Origin: Gracilinanus agilis
Lineage: Eukaryota
Reading direction: 5' to 3'
DNA length: 64,000 nucleotides
NCBI RefSeq assembly: GCF_016433145.1
Contig: NC_058131.1
Location: 401,769,938-401,833,937, forward strand
In this document: positions 34,568 to 46,480 of the stretch, piece by piece
Numbering within the stretch: position 1 is the stretch's first letter
Layout: each line of letters starts with the position of its first letter
Position numbers and translations under genes: made by a program
Notes under the pieces: generated by a model
What the model saw: only the letters and a program-made list of their open reading frames with translations
What the model was told of the DNA's origin: nothing
The model's database searches: none

Positions 34568-36920
34568 CTCTTGAACAGTATGTTTCACAGAAAGCCTTAT
34601 TATTCTGCACAAATAGTAGACTTGGAATGTCATTGTAAAGGACATGGTCGACTTCTTGACTCATACATCTGGATTTCAATAAGTTTAATTCTATCTTTCC
34701 AAGACTTGAAATCACATATAAATTGTAGAGATAAGCCATAGTACCTTCACTGTGATTTGAGAGAACTCTGGGTTCAGACCTGGAGCAAAGATGTCCCAGG
34801 AAACAGCCCAAAACCTTGGAATTAAGTCTTTCCAAAAGAGCTGGACTACCATGCTTGGTTACAGCCCTTGTCTAAGTGATAAGAAACAAAGCTGAGATTA
34901 GGTCCAGCTTTGGCAAAACTGCAACTGAAGATGAGGGCCCCAAACAGTTAAGGAATCACCCTTCATCTCAGGCAGTGTATCTTGCAGGCTATCCACAAAA
35001 ACCACTTACAGAGACAGTGGTGGAAAGGGGGGAGTAGTGCTATTCTGTACAGAGACTAGACCACGGTGCCTAGCTGGAAAGTTCTCATGGACCTGCCCTC
35101 ATCTGTTCAGCCCCAGCTGAAAAGTCCTGGATCTACAGTGCCCAATAGGCCAGTTAGGAATTTTGTTCCAATGCTGAGTCCACCGCTATCATGGTGAAAA
35201 CTAAGTAGTGAGACTCCACTGGAGCGAGAGACTGTTGAAGAGAGTCAAGCCATCAAGACTCAGGGAGCAATAAAGGATCTTGGGGCATTGTCATTGTGGT
35301 CAATAAGGAACACTTGCCCAGTGACACTGGCTCAGAAAGAAGGAGAGACTGCATCACTGGCTCCTAGAATTCAGTCAAAGATTCAGGCTTGGTCATAGCT
35401 GAAAAAGTGCTGTTCAAAAATGACTGGGTTATGGTCATTGACAGCTAAGCCTGAGCCAAGTGAGAGAATGATGGAACAGAACACTTGACAATTCCTTTCC
35501 AGGTCCGGGATACATGCGATGGAAACTCCAAATGGGTTATTCTCGGTATGTAAACAACATAGTAAGTTTAGAGGAAAATAGGGTGATTGTTACTGATCAG
35601 AGATTTACAGGAATAGGATTTTGCTGGAAGACAAATGAGGCTTTTACTTACCAGTGGCAGTCACAATGATGTTATAACCTGGAGTCTCTTCTATTCTCTG
35701 TTACCAATTAGCAATAGATGTTAGAGAATGGAACAATTTTCACTGAGAAATGTCTCTGTAAATAAAGCACTTGGCTATTTCCTTTGGAATCCTTGTCATG
35801 CACACTGTTGAGCACTATCACTGTTCAGAGGTCAGACTCATTGTGTATATGTGATCTGGGAGACATTACCATTGTGTATATGTGATTTGGGGGGCATTAC
35901 CATTCTCATACAGGATTTCTAGAAGAACTTTACATTGAGTCACCTGACCTACATCATCTTTACTTTGGATATTCAGATTTTAGTTTCTTCAAAATCCAAT
36001 CCTCCTTTTTGTGCTATTTCTTCAGGAACAATATAGAGACTGAAAAGGTATTGTGAAGTCTCTTGAACACTTCTGAAGTGTCCTGAAACGCTTCCATGGG
36101 TTCCTCCTTCAGGTCCGTGGTAATCACACACAGCAAAGAGGATCTCAGGGGAAGGTTCTTCCTTAGACTGAGTCTACAGAAGTCCTGGGATGTCTACTAG
36201 GACATTATCATTGGCGTCCACTACAGTGATCCTGATCTAAGCGGTGCAGTTTAGGCCTGGGTCTCTCCCATCCACTCCTGTGAGGACCAAGTGATAGATA
36301 TTCTGCTGTTCCTGTCCAAAGACTTCTCCAAAATTAATTCCGGTTGTTTACTGACATTGCAGATTTACTGACCTTTTGCAGGTTCAGGTAGGAAAACTCA
36401 TTAAGATCAAGACTGTAACTTTGGACTGAATTGTTACTAGGAGATAGATCTTCAGCTGGTTCTCGAGGAAATCTTGCAAACAGAATTAAGGATTCTAATT
36501 CTTTCTTATTCTTGTCATTTTGGTTGAGAACAGGAAAGCGATCGTTGATATCCTGTATTTCCACAGTCACGTGGAAAATAGGGGAAAAAAAGTTTTCGAC
36601 CACCATTAGGAAATTAAGAAGCAAAACGATAATTTCCCGCATATCGTCTCAATCTAATCTATCCTTTACATAAATGCATTCTTTACATACGCGGTAAAAA
36701 AAAAAAAAAAATCTTTTTTGATTCCGGAGAGTAGTCTGATCTTCCGAGCCTCCAGCCCCAGATCCTTCACCAGCATTCCCATGATTTATCTTTTCTCCAA
36801 CTCCTCTGGAATCGAGCAACTGCAGTGGTTGGAAAGCCTGTGCCATAAAGAGGACGCCGAGAACGGAAACAGCACCCGAGGCCTTATTGTCGTAACCCTC
36901 TGCTCCGCGTTGCTCCCCAG
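34568..36920 (-). pseudogene. PCDHGB: Protocadherin gamma-B pseudogene
   Basis: Signal region LGSNAEQRVTTIRPRVLF aligns to MERSAEQK but starts with CTG at 36920-36918. Other pieces: IPEELEKR*, FHVTVEIQDINDRFP, SKVLGCF...EGTMAYLYNL. Many stops and indels. Candidate donor GAG/GTGAGC at 34568. Confidence 0.88.
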
Positions 36921-38596
36921 TCCCCTCTTCTGTTTCAGCCGCGGTTTCGGGAGTTCCCAGATGCTGCGTTTGTTACTTGTCAAAAGGGAGTCTTCTCTCT
37001 AAAAGAAACAGCGAATCCTGGGATCCTGAGGCAGGATCTGAGCAGAAGCCAACCAGAGAGGATTAGTCGGAGCTCTCCTCAGTTAAGAGTTCTCGGAGAC
37101 TGCGCAGTAAATCTCCCAGATAATGTACAATGGATCCTGGCTTGGCCCAACAGCTCAGTCTCCGAGTCAGACAAGTCAGGGCTGGGGAAGGAATAAACGC
37201 CCAGCAACCCAACAACAAGGTCTGGATAATTTGGGGGCACAAATATTCATAAAACGATAGAATATTAATAAGGTGGTGAAAGGAACACTCACGATTTGGT
37301 TAAAAATTTAATTCTCAGGCATTTCAGTGGCTGTAAATTCTTTTGGGGGAACTGGATGGGGAGGGTGATCATGCCTTGTACATATGTGCCCTTAAAGAAA
37401 ATTTTTAAAATCCTCTGAAATGTGATATAGTAAAATGAAAAGGACATATCTCCCACACAATCAATCTTCATCCCTAATCAAAGTGTTTTTATATTGATAA
37501 TCTCATTTGTGCCATCTGGATGCTCTCTCTTCTGTAGAATATTTTTTTTCCTCACCTCACTTGCCAATTAGAATCTCTAGATTCCTTTCCCGACCAACTC
37601 AGGTACCATTCCTTATAGCAGACCTTTAGTGCTCTATAGATAATGAAATATCTTTCTTAAAAAACAAACAAACAACTTATTTTTTGTCTTAGCAAAAAGG
37701 ACTAAGAATGGTAAGGGATAGGCAAGTCAGTGACTTTCCCAGGGTCATACAGTTAGGAAGTGTCTGAAGCTAGATTTGCATCCAGGTCCTTCTGACTCCA
37801 GGCTGGCGTTTTATTTGCTGTCACTTAGCTGTTCCTGCTAGTGAAATATACAATATATTTAGAGTAAACATGTTTCACCTCCCAGCAGGACTGTGAATTC
37901 CTTTCAGAAAGAGACTTTAGGTCTCTTTTTATACACTCAGCACTTGGCCAGTGCCTTGAGCATTCAATAAAGGTCAGTTGAATTCAATTAAGCAACAAAA
38001 AAGCATGGCTCAGTGCGTTTATCTATCCAGCAATAATAAATTGTCTGAGATTCTTAATATTTTGTTCACTGGGATATTTCCCTATATTTAGCATGAAATA
38101 TTTTGGATCACTCGTGCTATTTATTTCTTTCACTGCTTTTTATTCATGCATCTACAATAAGAGAGCAATAAATGGTTCAACATTTGGTTACTTATAAAAT
38201 CATAGAATTCAGAGGATTGAAACATTTTTCAAGAAGTTACACATTCTAGGCTTCTGCTTAGAACTATTCCTAGAAAGATGCAACATCTGAGCAAATCAGA
38301 TTATCTCTTCTCCACATTTGGATCCAAGCTAAATAAGCATGTGGGCTAGAATAATGAGGAGGAATGTGGGAACAAAGAGGATAGTCAATGAGCTTGAAGT
38401 ATTGGGAAAGTCCTATACCACTTACTTGCCTTCTCTAAAAATTTCTTTACCTTCCTGGATCATTACCAATCCTTCAGGTCCTCATCATGTGAGTTAACTG
38501 AAAGTTAAACAGTAGAGATGGCTTAACGGAATGTTTCCTAAACCATGTTAAGATGGAAGAATTAATATGTTTTTATAATGCTAAGAATTAATTCTG

Positions 38597-38790
38597 GGGG
38601 CAGGTAGATAGCTCAATTAATAGAGAGACAGGTTGGAGGCAGGAGGTCCTGGGTTCAAATCTGACCTCAGACACTTGCTAGCTGTATGACTCGGGGCAAT
38701 TAATTTATTTAATCTCAACTGCCTACCCCTTATTGTTTTTCTATCTTAGAACCAATACTTCTTAGTATCCATTTGAAGGCAGAAGACAAG
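38597..38790 (+). mobile_element. Older marsupial tRNA-derived SINE
   Basis: ggggcaggtagatagctcaa...gggttcaaatctgacctcagacacttgctagctg...aaggatttttaaaaaa. Confidence 0.7.
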
Positions 38791-38924
38791 GATTTTTAAA
38801 AAACAAAGTAATCCTGAAAGCAGGAAGCCTGGGAGAAGAGGAAATTTTACAGCAATTTTCTTTGACAAATGTCTCATTTCTCAAATATATATGGAACCGA
38901 ATCAAATTTATAAAAATAACTTTT

Positions 38925-40130
38925 GCCCAATTGATAAATGGTCAAAAGATATGAACAAGCAGTTTTCAGAAGAAATCAAAGCTATCGATTGTCACATAAA
39001 ACATTCTGAATCACTAATAATTAGGGAAACAAATTAAAATAACTCTGATATACCACCTCGCTCCCATAAGATTACCTAATATGACAGAAAAGAAAAATGA
39101 CAAATGCTAGAGACAATGTGGGAAAATGGATACACTAATGCACTGTTGTCGGAACTGTGGACCGCTCTGACCATTCTGGAGTGCATACCCTTTGATCCAG
39201 CATTACTGTTATTAGTTCTGTACTCAAAAGAGCTCAATGAAAAAAGAAAAAAAATTAATATGTACAAAGAAAATTTTTTGCTCTTTTTGTGGTAGCAAAG
39301 AATTGGAAACTGAGGGGTGTGGGTTTTAAAAATATTGTCGGGGGGGGGACTGCATCCCCCAGAATGCCCCAGGAGAGGTACTCCCCCCCATTTCCTGGAG
39401 TGGAATTGGTCTTGAACGGGCCAATCTTTTGCTAGGGAGGGGCCACACCCCCTACTTCCGCGCATGGGATTGTCTATATAAAGACCAATCCCGCCAAGGA
39501 GGGACCTTTTGAATCTAACTAGATTGGGTTTAGCGGGATAGTCAATTTCAGGCTAGGGGAACTCCTGTGTTTTTTCTTTAAATAAAGTTTTTGTGATATC
39601 AAAGTGATAGAGTTTCTTTCAGCATTTACAGGGGATTCCACTCAATTGGGAATGGTTGAAGAAGCTATGATATTGGACTATGATGGAATGCAGTTATGAT
39701 ATAAAGAAATGAAGATGGTAATGGTTTCAGAAAAAGTAGGAAGATTTATGTGAACTGATGCCAAGTGAAATGAGCAGAGCTAGGAAAACAATTTACACAA
39801 TAAGAGCTATATTATAAATATAATCAACTATGAAAGACAGCTCTTCTGATCAACACAATGATCCATGTCCAAAGGACTCATAAAGAAAACTACTATCCTT
39901 CTCCAAAGAGAAAATTGAGGAATTCTGAGAGCAGTTTGAAGAATATTTTATTTTCTTGCCTTTTCTACCCCCCCAACATGGCTAATATAGAAACATATTT
40001 TAAAGTTTTCATATGTATAATGTTATCATATTTCTCATGTTCTCAATGGGTCAGGAAGAGGTGGACAGCAGGAAAGAATATGAAACTGAAAATAAAAGTT
40101 TTTAATGTAAAAATAAAAATAAAGTTGACA
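38925..40130 (+). mobile_element. LINE-1 3' portion interrupted by a solo LTR
   Basis: ttgataaatggtcaaaagatatgaacaagc... through gcaaagaattggaaactgagggg, resuming after 39630 with ...caattgggaatgg and ending in an A-rich tail. Confidence 0.8.
39318..39630 (+). mobile_element. Solo ERV LTR (313 bp) nested in L1
   Basis: TGT...ACA termini, GGGG duplication at 39314-39317 and 39631-39634, CCAAT at 39421, TATATAAA at 39475, AATAAA at 39581. Confidence 0.8.
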
Positions 40131-40214
40131 ATTTGATTAATATAACAGAACAAATTAACTTTGGCAGTGTTGTCATTTTTACTATATTGGCATAGTCTAG
40201 TCATGAGCATATTT

Positions 40215-41060
40215 CTCCTGCTGTTTAAGTTATTTCTTTTCTTTTTAAAAAATTTCTTTAAGGCCTATTTTAAATTTCATCTATACAAGTCTTCTTGTAC
40301 TTTTGTAGGTCAATCTCCAAATATTTTATGAAATTTGTATAATTTGAAATGGAATTTCCTTTTCTATTTTTGCTTTTTAGGTTTTGTTATTATATAAAAG
40401 GCTTTTAATTTTAAAGGCTTATTTTATAGCCTGCAACTTTTTTGATGCTACTAATTGTTTCAATTAGTATATTTGCTGATTCGCTAGGATTATTCAAGAA
40501 TACTACCATATTGCCAACAAATAAATTTAGTTTTGTCTCTTTTTTACCCATTTTTATCCATTTAATTTCTTTCTCTTGTCTTATTCCTATTGCTAGCATT
40601 TCCAGATATTACTCCTATAACTATTAAAAATATTTCTTGTGTATCCCCATTGCTTGTGATGCAAAATTTTAGGTGGATGCATTTAATGATATTAAAAAGA
40701 TTCATATGCGCCTATGCTTTTAATGATTTTTTTTAGTATAAAAGAATGCTGCACATTGTCAACTAGTTTTTCATTATCAAATATTGAGATGATTTCTATG
40801 GCTTTGGATGTTTCTCTTTTTAATATATTTAATTATGCTGATTGTTTTCCTAATGTTGAATCATCCCTGCATCCCTGATGTAAATTACCCTTGGTTATAA
40901 TGAATGACTTTTGTGGATAAATTGCTGTAGTCTGTTGACAAGATTTTGTTAAAAAATGTTTGTGTCAATATTCATTAAAGATATTGGATTATAGTTTTTC
41001 TTCTGTGTTTTATTTCCCTCAGTTTAATTATTAGAATTTTATTTGTCACATAAAAAAGAT
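40215..41060 (-). mobile_element. LINE-1 ORF2 reverse-transcriptase region fragment
   Basis: ORF 40411..40599 LAIGIRQEKEIKWIKMGKKETKLNLFVGNMVVFLNNP...VAGYKI matches the L1 ORF2 RT-region pattern (IRQEKEIKGI..EVKLSLFADDM). Confidence 0.8.
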
Positions 41061-41499
41061 TCCTTTTTTTAAACCCTTGTCTTCCCTCTTGGCATGACTT
41101 CTTAAAGAAATTTTTAAGTTCTTTAAAATAAAAAATATCCCTTCCCTTTCATCTTAGAATCAATATTGTGTATTGGTTCCAATGCAGAAGACTGATAAGG
41201 CAATGAAGATTAAGTGACTTGTCTGAGTCATAAAACTAGAAGTGTCTGAGGGCAGATTTGAACCTATGTATTCTCAGCCCCAAGCTTGGTACTCCAACCA
41301 CTGTGCTACCTAGCTGACTCTTGTAAAAGGATTCTTGTAACATGTTTTCTTTCTAAAAACTTTAGAATAATTTGTGAAGTATGGATACTAACTGTTCTTC
41401 ACAAGTTAGGCTGAGTTCTTTTTTTCCTTACTGAATTTTTAATTGTATTTTAGATGTCCCTAAGAATTATCCCTTAATATTTCTCCTTTAATACCTTTT

Positions 41500-43460
41500 T
41501 TCTGTTAAATATATAGTGCAAACCTGAACATGATGAATATTTTGGCAAAATGGATGAAAATTTTGGGGTAGTGAATGTAATGAGATCCTCAGAGTTCTTG
41601 GCTTATGTTCTTTACTGCAATTCTCAAAATTATTCATAATCAAAAGAGGTTAAAATATAGAAGACACTGGACTCTGGGTTGATAAAGATGTGTAAAGAGA
41701 GAAGCATATCCAGCATGGACTTCATGATGTAGATGTTCTCCCACTCAAGACCTGTTACCTTCACAGAACAAAAATAGCCATTCCTTGTGAATTATTTTCA
41801 AGGACTTTGGCCATATAGGACTTCTCCAGAAATATAGGTCCAATATCACTCCTATAAGTAATCATTAGGCATATTATACTTGCTGCTGAGAAATTGTGTT
41901 TCCCTTGGTCTGTAGCTGTCATGGTTATATTGCAGTCTTAGATGAGTTCTTTGTTCAAAGCACTGTCAGTAATTAAACTGCAATAATTGTCAAAGGATTT
42001 TTGAAGTTAGGTTGAAGAGTGACTTGGAGATGAATTAGGTAACCTGAACACTTCTCCGTAAATATTAATTCTCTATATGAAAGAGAAAAATTACTGTCCC
42101 AATGTCTTCTGGGACTGAGTGGGAACAGGAAGCCATTTTAACTTCGGTAATATTATTTTCACCTGAGATTTCCAGAAGGATCTTGGACCTGACAGATAAT
42201 TCTCTGTAGCCAATCAACTTAATGGCAATTCATAGATTTGAGATAATTCAAAGATAATTTTGCCAGTCACTCTGACCTTTCTAGTTGGAGAATTTATGTA
42301 ACATATTTTTGATTTCTCCTTTCTATGAGGGAATAATTTTTGCATATGAACATTCATCATCAGCTTCAAAAAGTTTTCAACAATCTAAGATTTATAAATA
42401 GTTTGGTTACAAACAGGAGTTTTGAATTAGCATCCAGAAGAAAAATTTGGATTTTCTCAGTAGGGGGATTTCACTTTCATTCTTTGAAGTTAAGACCAGA
42501 TGGTGTATAGTCTTGCTCTTGCTCCAAAGACTTGACCTCCTGTCCCCCAAATTCTACATTTCACTCTCTCAATGGCAATACATTTATTTCCAGTGAGAAC
42601 AGTTACAGAACTGATCATCTAGGGATATGAATGGAAAGAAATTAATTGTCATATTTGGAATTTGTTCCTCATTGAGAGAAAACTGGAATCTTGGTAATGT
42701 CATCTCACTGGGCTCTTTAGGCTCTACTCCTGACTCTTCAAGATCTCTGTCTACACAATGCTTCAGTGACTTTCTCAAATTGGAAGATTCCTCTGACTCT
42801 GTGGCTTTTTCCTTTGATTGATCAGTTTCTCTCAGAACTTCCATTGTAAATAAGGACTCAAGATAGCCATGTTCGCTGTTCTGTTCTTCTCCAGGGCTGC
42901 ACACCTGACGCTTTGCCTGTGTTCCTTCTTCCTCCTATTCTATACTTTTTATTTTCATATATTGCCTTTTTTCATTACAATATAAACTCCTTGAGGGCAG
43001 CGCCCTCCTCTCCTCTTGCATTTGTATTCCCAGGACTTAATAAATGCGTTGTTCAATAATATCTTCATTTTGTAGAAAGTGAGAACATTATCATTTATAT
43101 CCAGAATATACCCCTCTGCTTGGTAAAGCTTTATTGAATTCTAGTAATAATTTACAAATTCCAAAAGACACTAGGGATTATTTGTACATACCTAATCTCC
43201 AGCTATCTTTTCATTCATACGCAAAATACCATTTTTAACATTAAGAGAGAAATTCTGAGTCTTACACTGGAAGACAACATGGACTCCATGTTCCACCAGC
43301 ATGAAGGGTTTCACCTCCAGGTCCCTGGTGATATCACTCACAAAAATATCCTCCATCTTCTTGGATGTTAAATAACACATCTTCATGATTCTGGGCTCTC
43401 ACCATATTCCCAGAGAAAGCAAAGCAGGACTCATGCTTATCATTGCTGTTGCTGCAGTGG
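41500..43460 (-). pseudogene. Highly degraded protocadherin gamma relic (signal peptide to EC5), interrupted by old repeats
   Basis: Signal-peptide motif cccagagaaagcaaagcaggact near 43410; EC1 DITRDLEVKP..GVHVV..QNFSLNVKNG; IKLYQAEGYILDINDN; IHHLVLT; LDAN..PV; KSFDNYCSLITDSAL..NITMTATDQG; FINPESSVFYI; DYE*F*ELQ. Confidence 0.75.
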
Positions 43461-43609
43461 AGAATCCATTTTAAATATGAAAAATTTGCAGATTCATTCT
43501 TAAAAGGACTTGGAGATAATGGATAATTAAACCAAGACAATTGTGTATCTCTCTAATAACACAGTTATTGCTTCCTAGACTTGGAAAATGTCATTTTTTC
43601 TATCTAGCT

Positions 43610-43865
43610 AAGCAGCTAAGTGGCACAGTGCCAGGCCTGGAGTCCAGAAGACCCGAGTTCAAATATGACCACAGATACTTATAATCTTAGTAATCCTAGG
43701 CAAGGTATTTAACCTCCATTCACTTTGTTTTCCTCACCTGTAAAATGGAGATGATAGCATCTAATTCTTAGGGTTATAGTAAGGATGAAATGTAATAATA
43801 TTTATAGAGTGCTTAGCACAGCGCCTGGCACATTGGAAACACTATATAAATGTTAGCTATTATTA
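43610..43865 (+). mobile_element. MIR-like SINE
   Basis: ctaagtggcacagtgccaggcctggagtcc...gagttcaaat...tttcctcacctgtaaaatggag...gtgcttagcacagcgcctggcaca. Confidence 0.7.
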
Positions 43866-44509
43866 TCCATGGTGCCATAAAAGGAGTGCTCTGAGGATCC
43901 CTCAATAATTTCTTCCCTGACTGGATAGCATTAATGATAAAAGAGTCAGCTAGAGATTTGTGGGTATGACTCTGATATAATTTTTGAATTGAGAATTTAG
44001 ACTACAGGTTAAAAATTTTTAAACATTATCTATAATTTTATAAAAAGTAACACTTTAATGTTTCATGTTTATAAATACATGTTCACAACTATATATATCA
44101 TTTTTTTTTGTTGTGGACTTTTAACATACAGAAATCTGAGTTGGAAAATAAGAAATTTATTATACTTTTGACTAAATAATTAATTCCTTTGAAAAATGAC
44201 AATGACTGAAAAAGAATGAGAGAAGGACTATTCCTATACTTATCTGACACATATATGTTTCTATATAGTAGTTGATCCCCCAAGCTGCTAATTCCCCTCC
44301 CCAATATTTACTTTGAATATATATTTTTATACACTTCTATGTATACATATTTTCCCCTGATTACAAGCTCCTTTGATGGCAGGGACTTGCTTCTCTTCTC
44401 TCTGCATCCTCATGTCTCAGCAGAATGCCTGGTATATTGTAGGAAGTAAAAAAATACTTACTTGTTGACTTATCTACTTTAAAAAATTGTAACCCTTCTG
44501 TAATCATCC

Positions 44510-44750
44510 CTGTTTCACATGACTAAATTATTCATGATTTTGCTATATTGTTCAGGTGTTTTTGTTCATGTCTGACTTTTAGTGTCCCTATTTGGGGTTT
44601 TCTTGGAAGAAATACTGGCATAGTTTGCCATTTCCTTCTCCGGCTCATTTTATACATGAGAAAACTGAGGCGAACAGGGCTAAGTGACAAAAAGATGAGT
44701 CTTCCTGACTCCAAGTCTAGCACTTTATCCATTATATCACTTAGCTGACG
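44510..44750 (-). mobile_element. MAR1-like marsupial SINE
   Basis: ttggggttttcttgg...tttgccatttccttctcc...gagaaaactgaggc...cctgactccaag. Confidence 0.7.
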
Positions 44751-45044
44751 TTATTCATTGTGAAATTATTTATATACTTACATTTTTAAACTGATTCAAC
44801 ATCTTGGGGTAGCAAATTCCATGGTTTCATTAAGTTTACTGCTCTTTGTATCAGATAATACTTCTTAGGTTCATAGAATATTAGCGATAGAAGGGATCTT
44901 AATATTTTTAAATCTAATTCATTTTATAGGAAAATGACAGCAAAAATAAATGACTTGCTTCATGTCAAATAGATATTCAGATTTAAAACTAATTAAAATT
45001 GAACTGTTCTCTTCCAAATTACCAAGGAGACCAGTTTTTCCAAT

Positions 45045-45325
45045 TGTCATCCTGGTTGACCTACCTACAGCCCTGACACCATTGATTATCCTGTCCTTCT
45101 GGATTCACCTCTTCTATTAGAGTTTTACGACAGTACTTACTCCTGGTTTTCCTCCTGCTTAACTTCCTTCCTGTTTTTTTTTTCTGGATCTTTGTTCAGG
45201 CCAAACTCATTATCCCTGAGTATCCCCCAAGCTTCTTTTCTGGGCCCTCTTCCTCATTTATATTGTCTTGTTCAATGATCTATCAACCTCTTTGAAGATG
45301 AAGATCACATCTCTATATCAAGACC

Positions 45326-45360
<35 letters not shown>

Positions 45361-46300
45361 GTTTCTATCTTATATCATCAATTGTCCTATTAATATATTG
45401 ATTTGAATGTTTCATAGATGTTTAAAAAGTCTAAATATCTAAAATAGAATTCATTGTCTTTCAATTCAAAATCTCCATTCTCCTGATCTTTTCTATTACT
45501 ATCAAGGACATCATCATTCTTCCAGTCACTCATTCTCATATACATAGTATTGTTCTTCAATCTTCATTCAAATTCAACATACATTTGTACTCAATGTGTT
45601 GTCAAGTCTTATTTCTACCTTCAAAAGCTTCCCTTCTTCCCACTCACATAGCAATCACCTTGGTGCAGGCCTCATAAACTCATGCCTGGACTATTGTTGT
45701 AGTCTTCTGCTTGGTACCTCTTCCTCAAACCTCTCCCCTTCTCCAATTCATACTCTAGTCAGCTGCCAAAATGATTTTCCTGCAACTCAGATCCTAAATA
45801 TCAACTTCTACCTAAAAAACAATACTGACCCCCATGTTACCCACAGGATCAAATATAAAATACCATGTTTAGCATTTAAAGCCCTTTACAACTTTTTCCC
45901 TTCACACCTCCACATAATCTAGCTATATAGACCTACTTGTTAATTATCAATCATTATATTCCAAAACTTTTAATGGGCTCTCTTGCATGACTGGAATGCT
46001 CTCCTTTCTCACCTCAAATTCCTGACTTCATTGGCTATTCAAGAATCAGCCCAAATTCCATCTTCTGTAGGAGTCTTTTCATAGTGGTTCCCTTCCTTCA
46101 CATCTCCTCCCCTCCAGTGGCTTTTCACAGAGATTACCTTCCATTTCTTTTGCATTTATCTTCAAATTGCACAGCTATTTTCATGTTCTCTCTTTAGAAT
46201 GTAAACTTTTTCAAGGCAGGGAATTTTTTGCCTTTCTTCATATGTCAAGTCTTCTCATAGTGCCTTGAATACAGTAAAGGCTTAATAAAATTTTGTTGAC
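45045..46300 (+). mobile_element. LINE-2 fragment (RT region to 3' end)
   Basis: VILVDLPTAPDTIDYPVLLDS...SWFSSCL resembles the L2 RT pattern LDLSAAFDTVDH..LL..SWFSSYL; ends ttaataaaattttgttgac. Confidence 0.7.
45329..45358. repeat. (TC)n microsatellite
   Basis: About 15 perfect TC units. Confidence 0.95.
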
Positions 46301-46480
46301 TTCTTCTACAATTTGGCAATTAAGTCCATATTCTTCCTATTTATCCCCCTCACAGATTTAAAAATTTTTTTATCTTCTTTCTGTATTTTTTTCTCAGATT
46401 GTATCTTTTCTCATTTCCCTAGTCTCCTGGCATTGCTTCAGAAATGCTATTGTAATAAGTAATTCCCTGCTGCATTTCTT

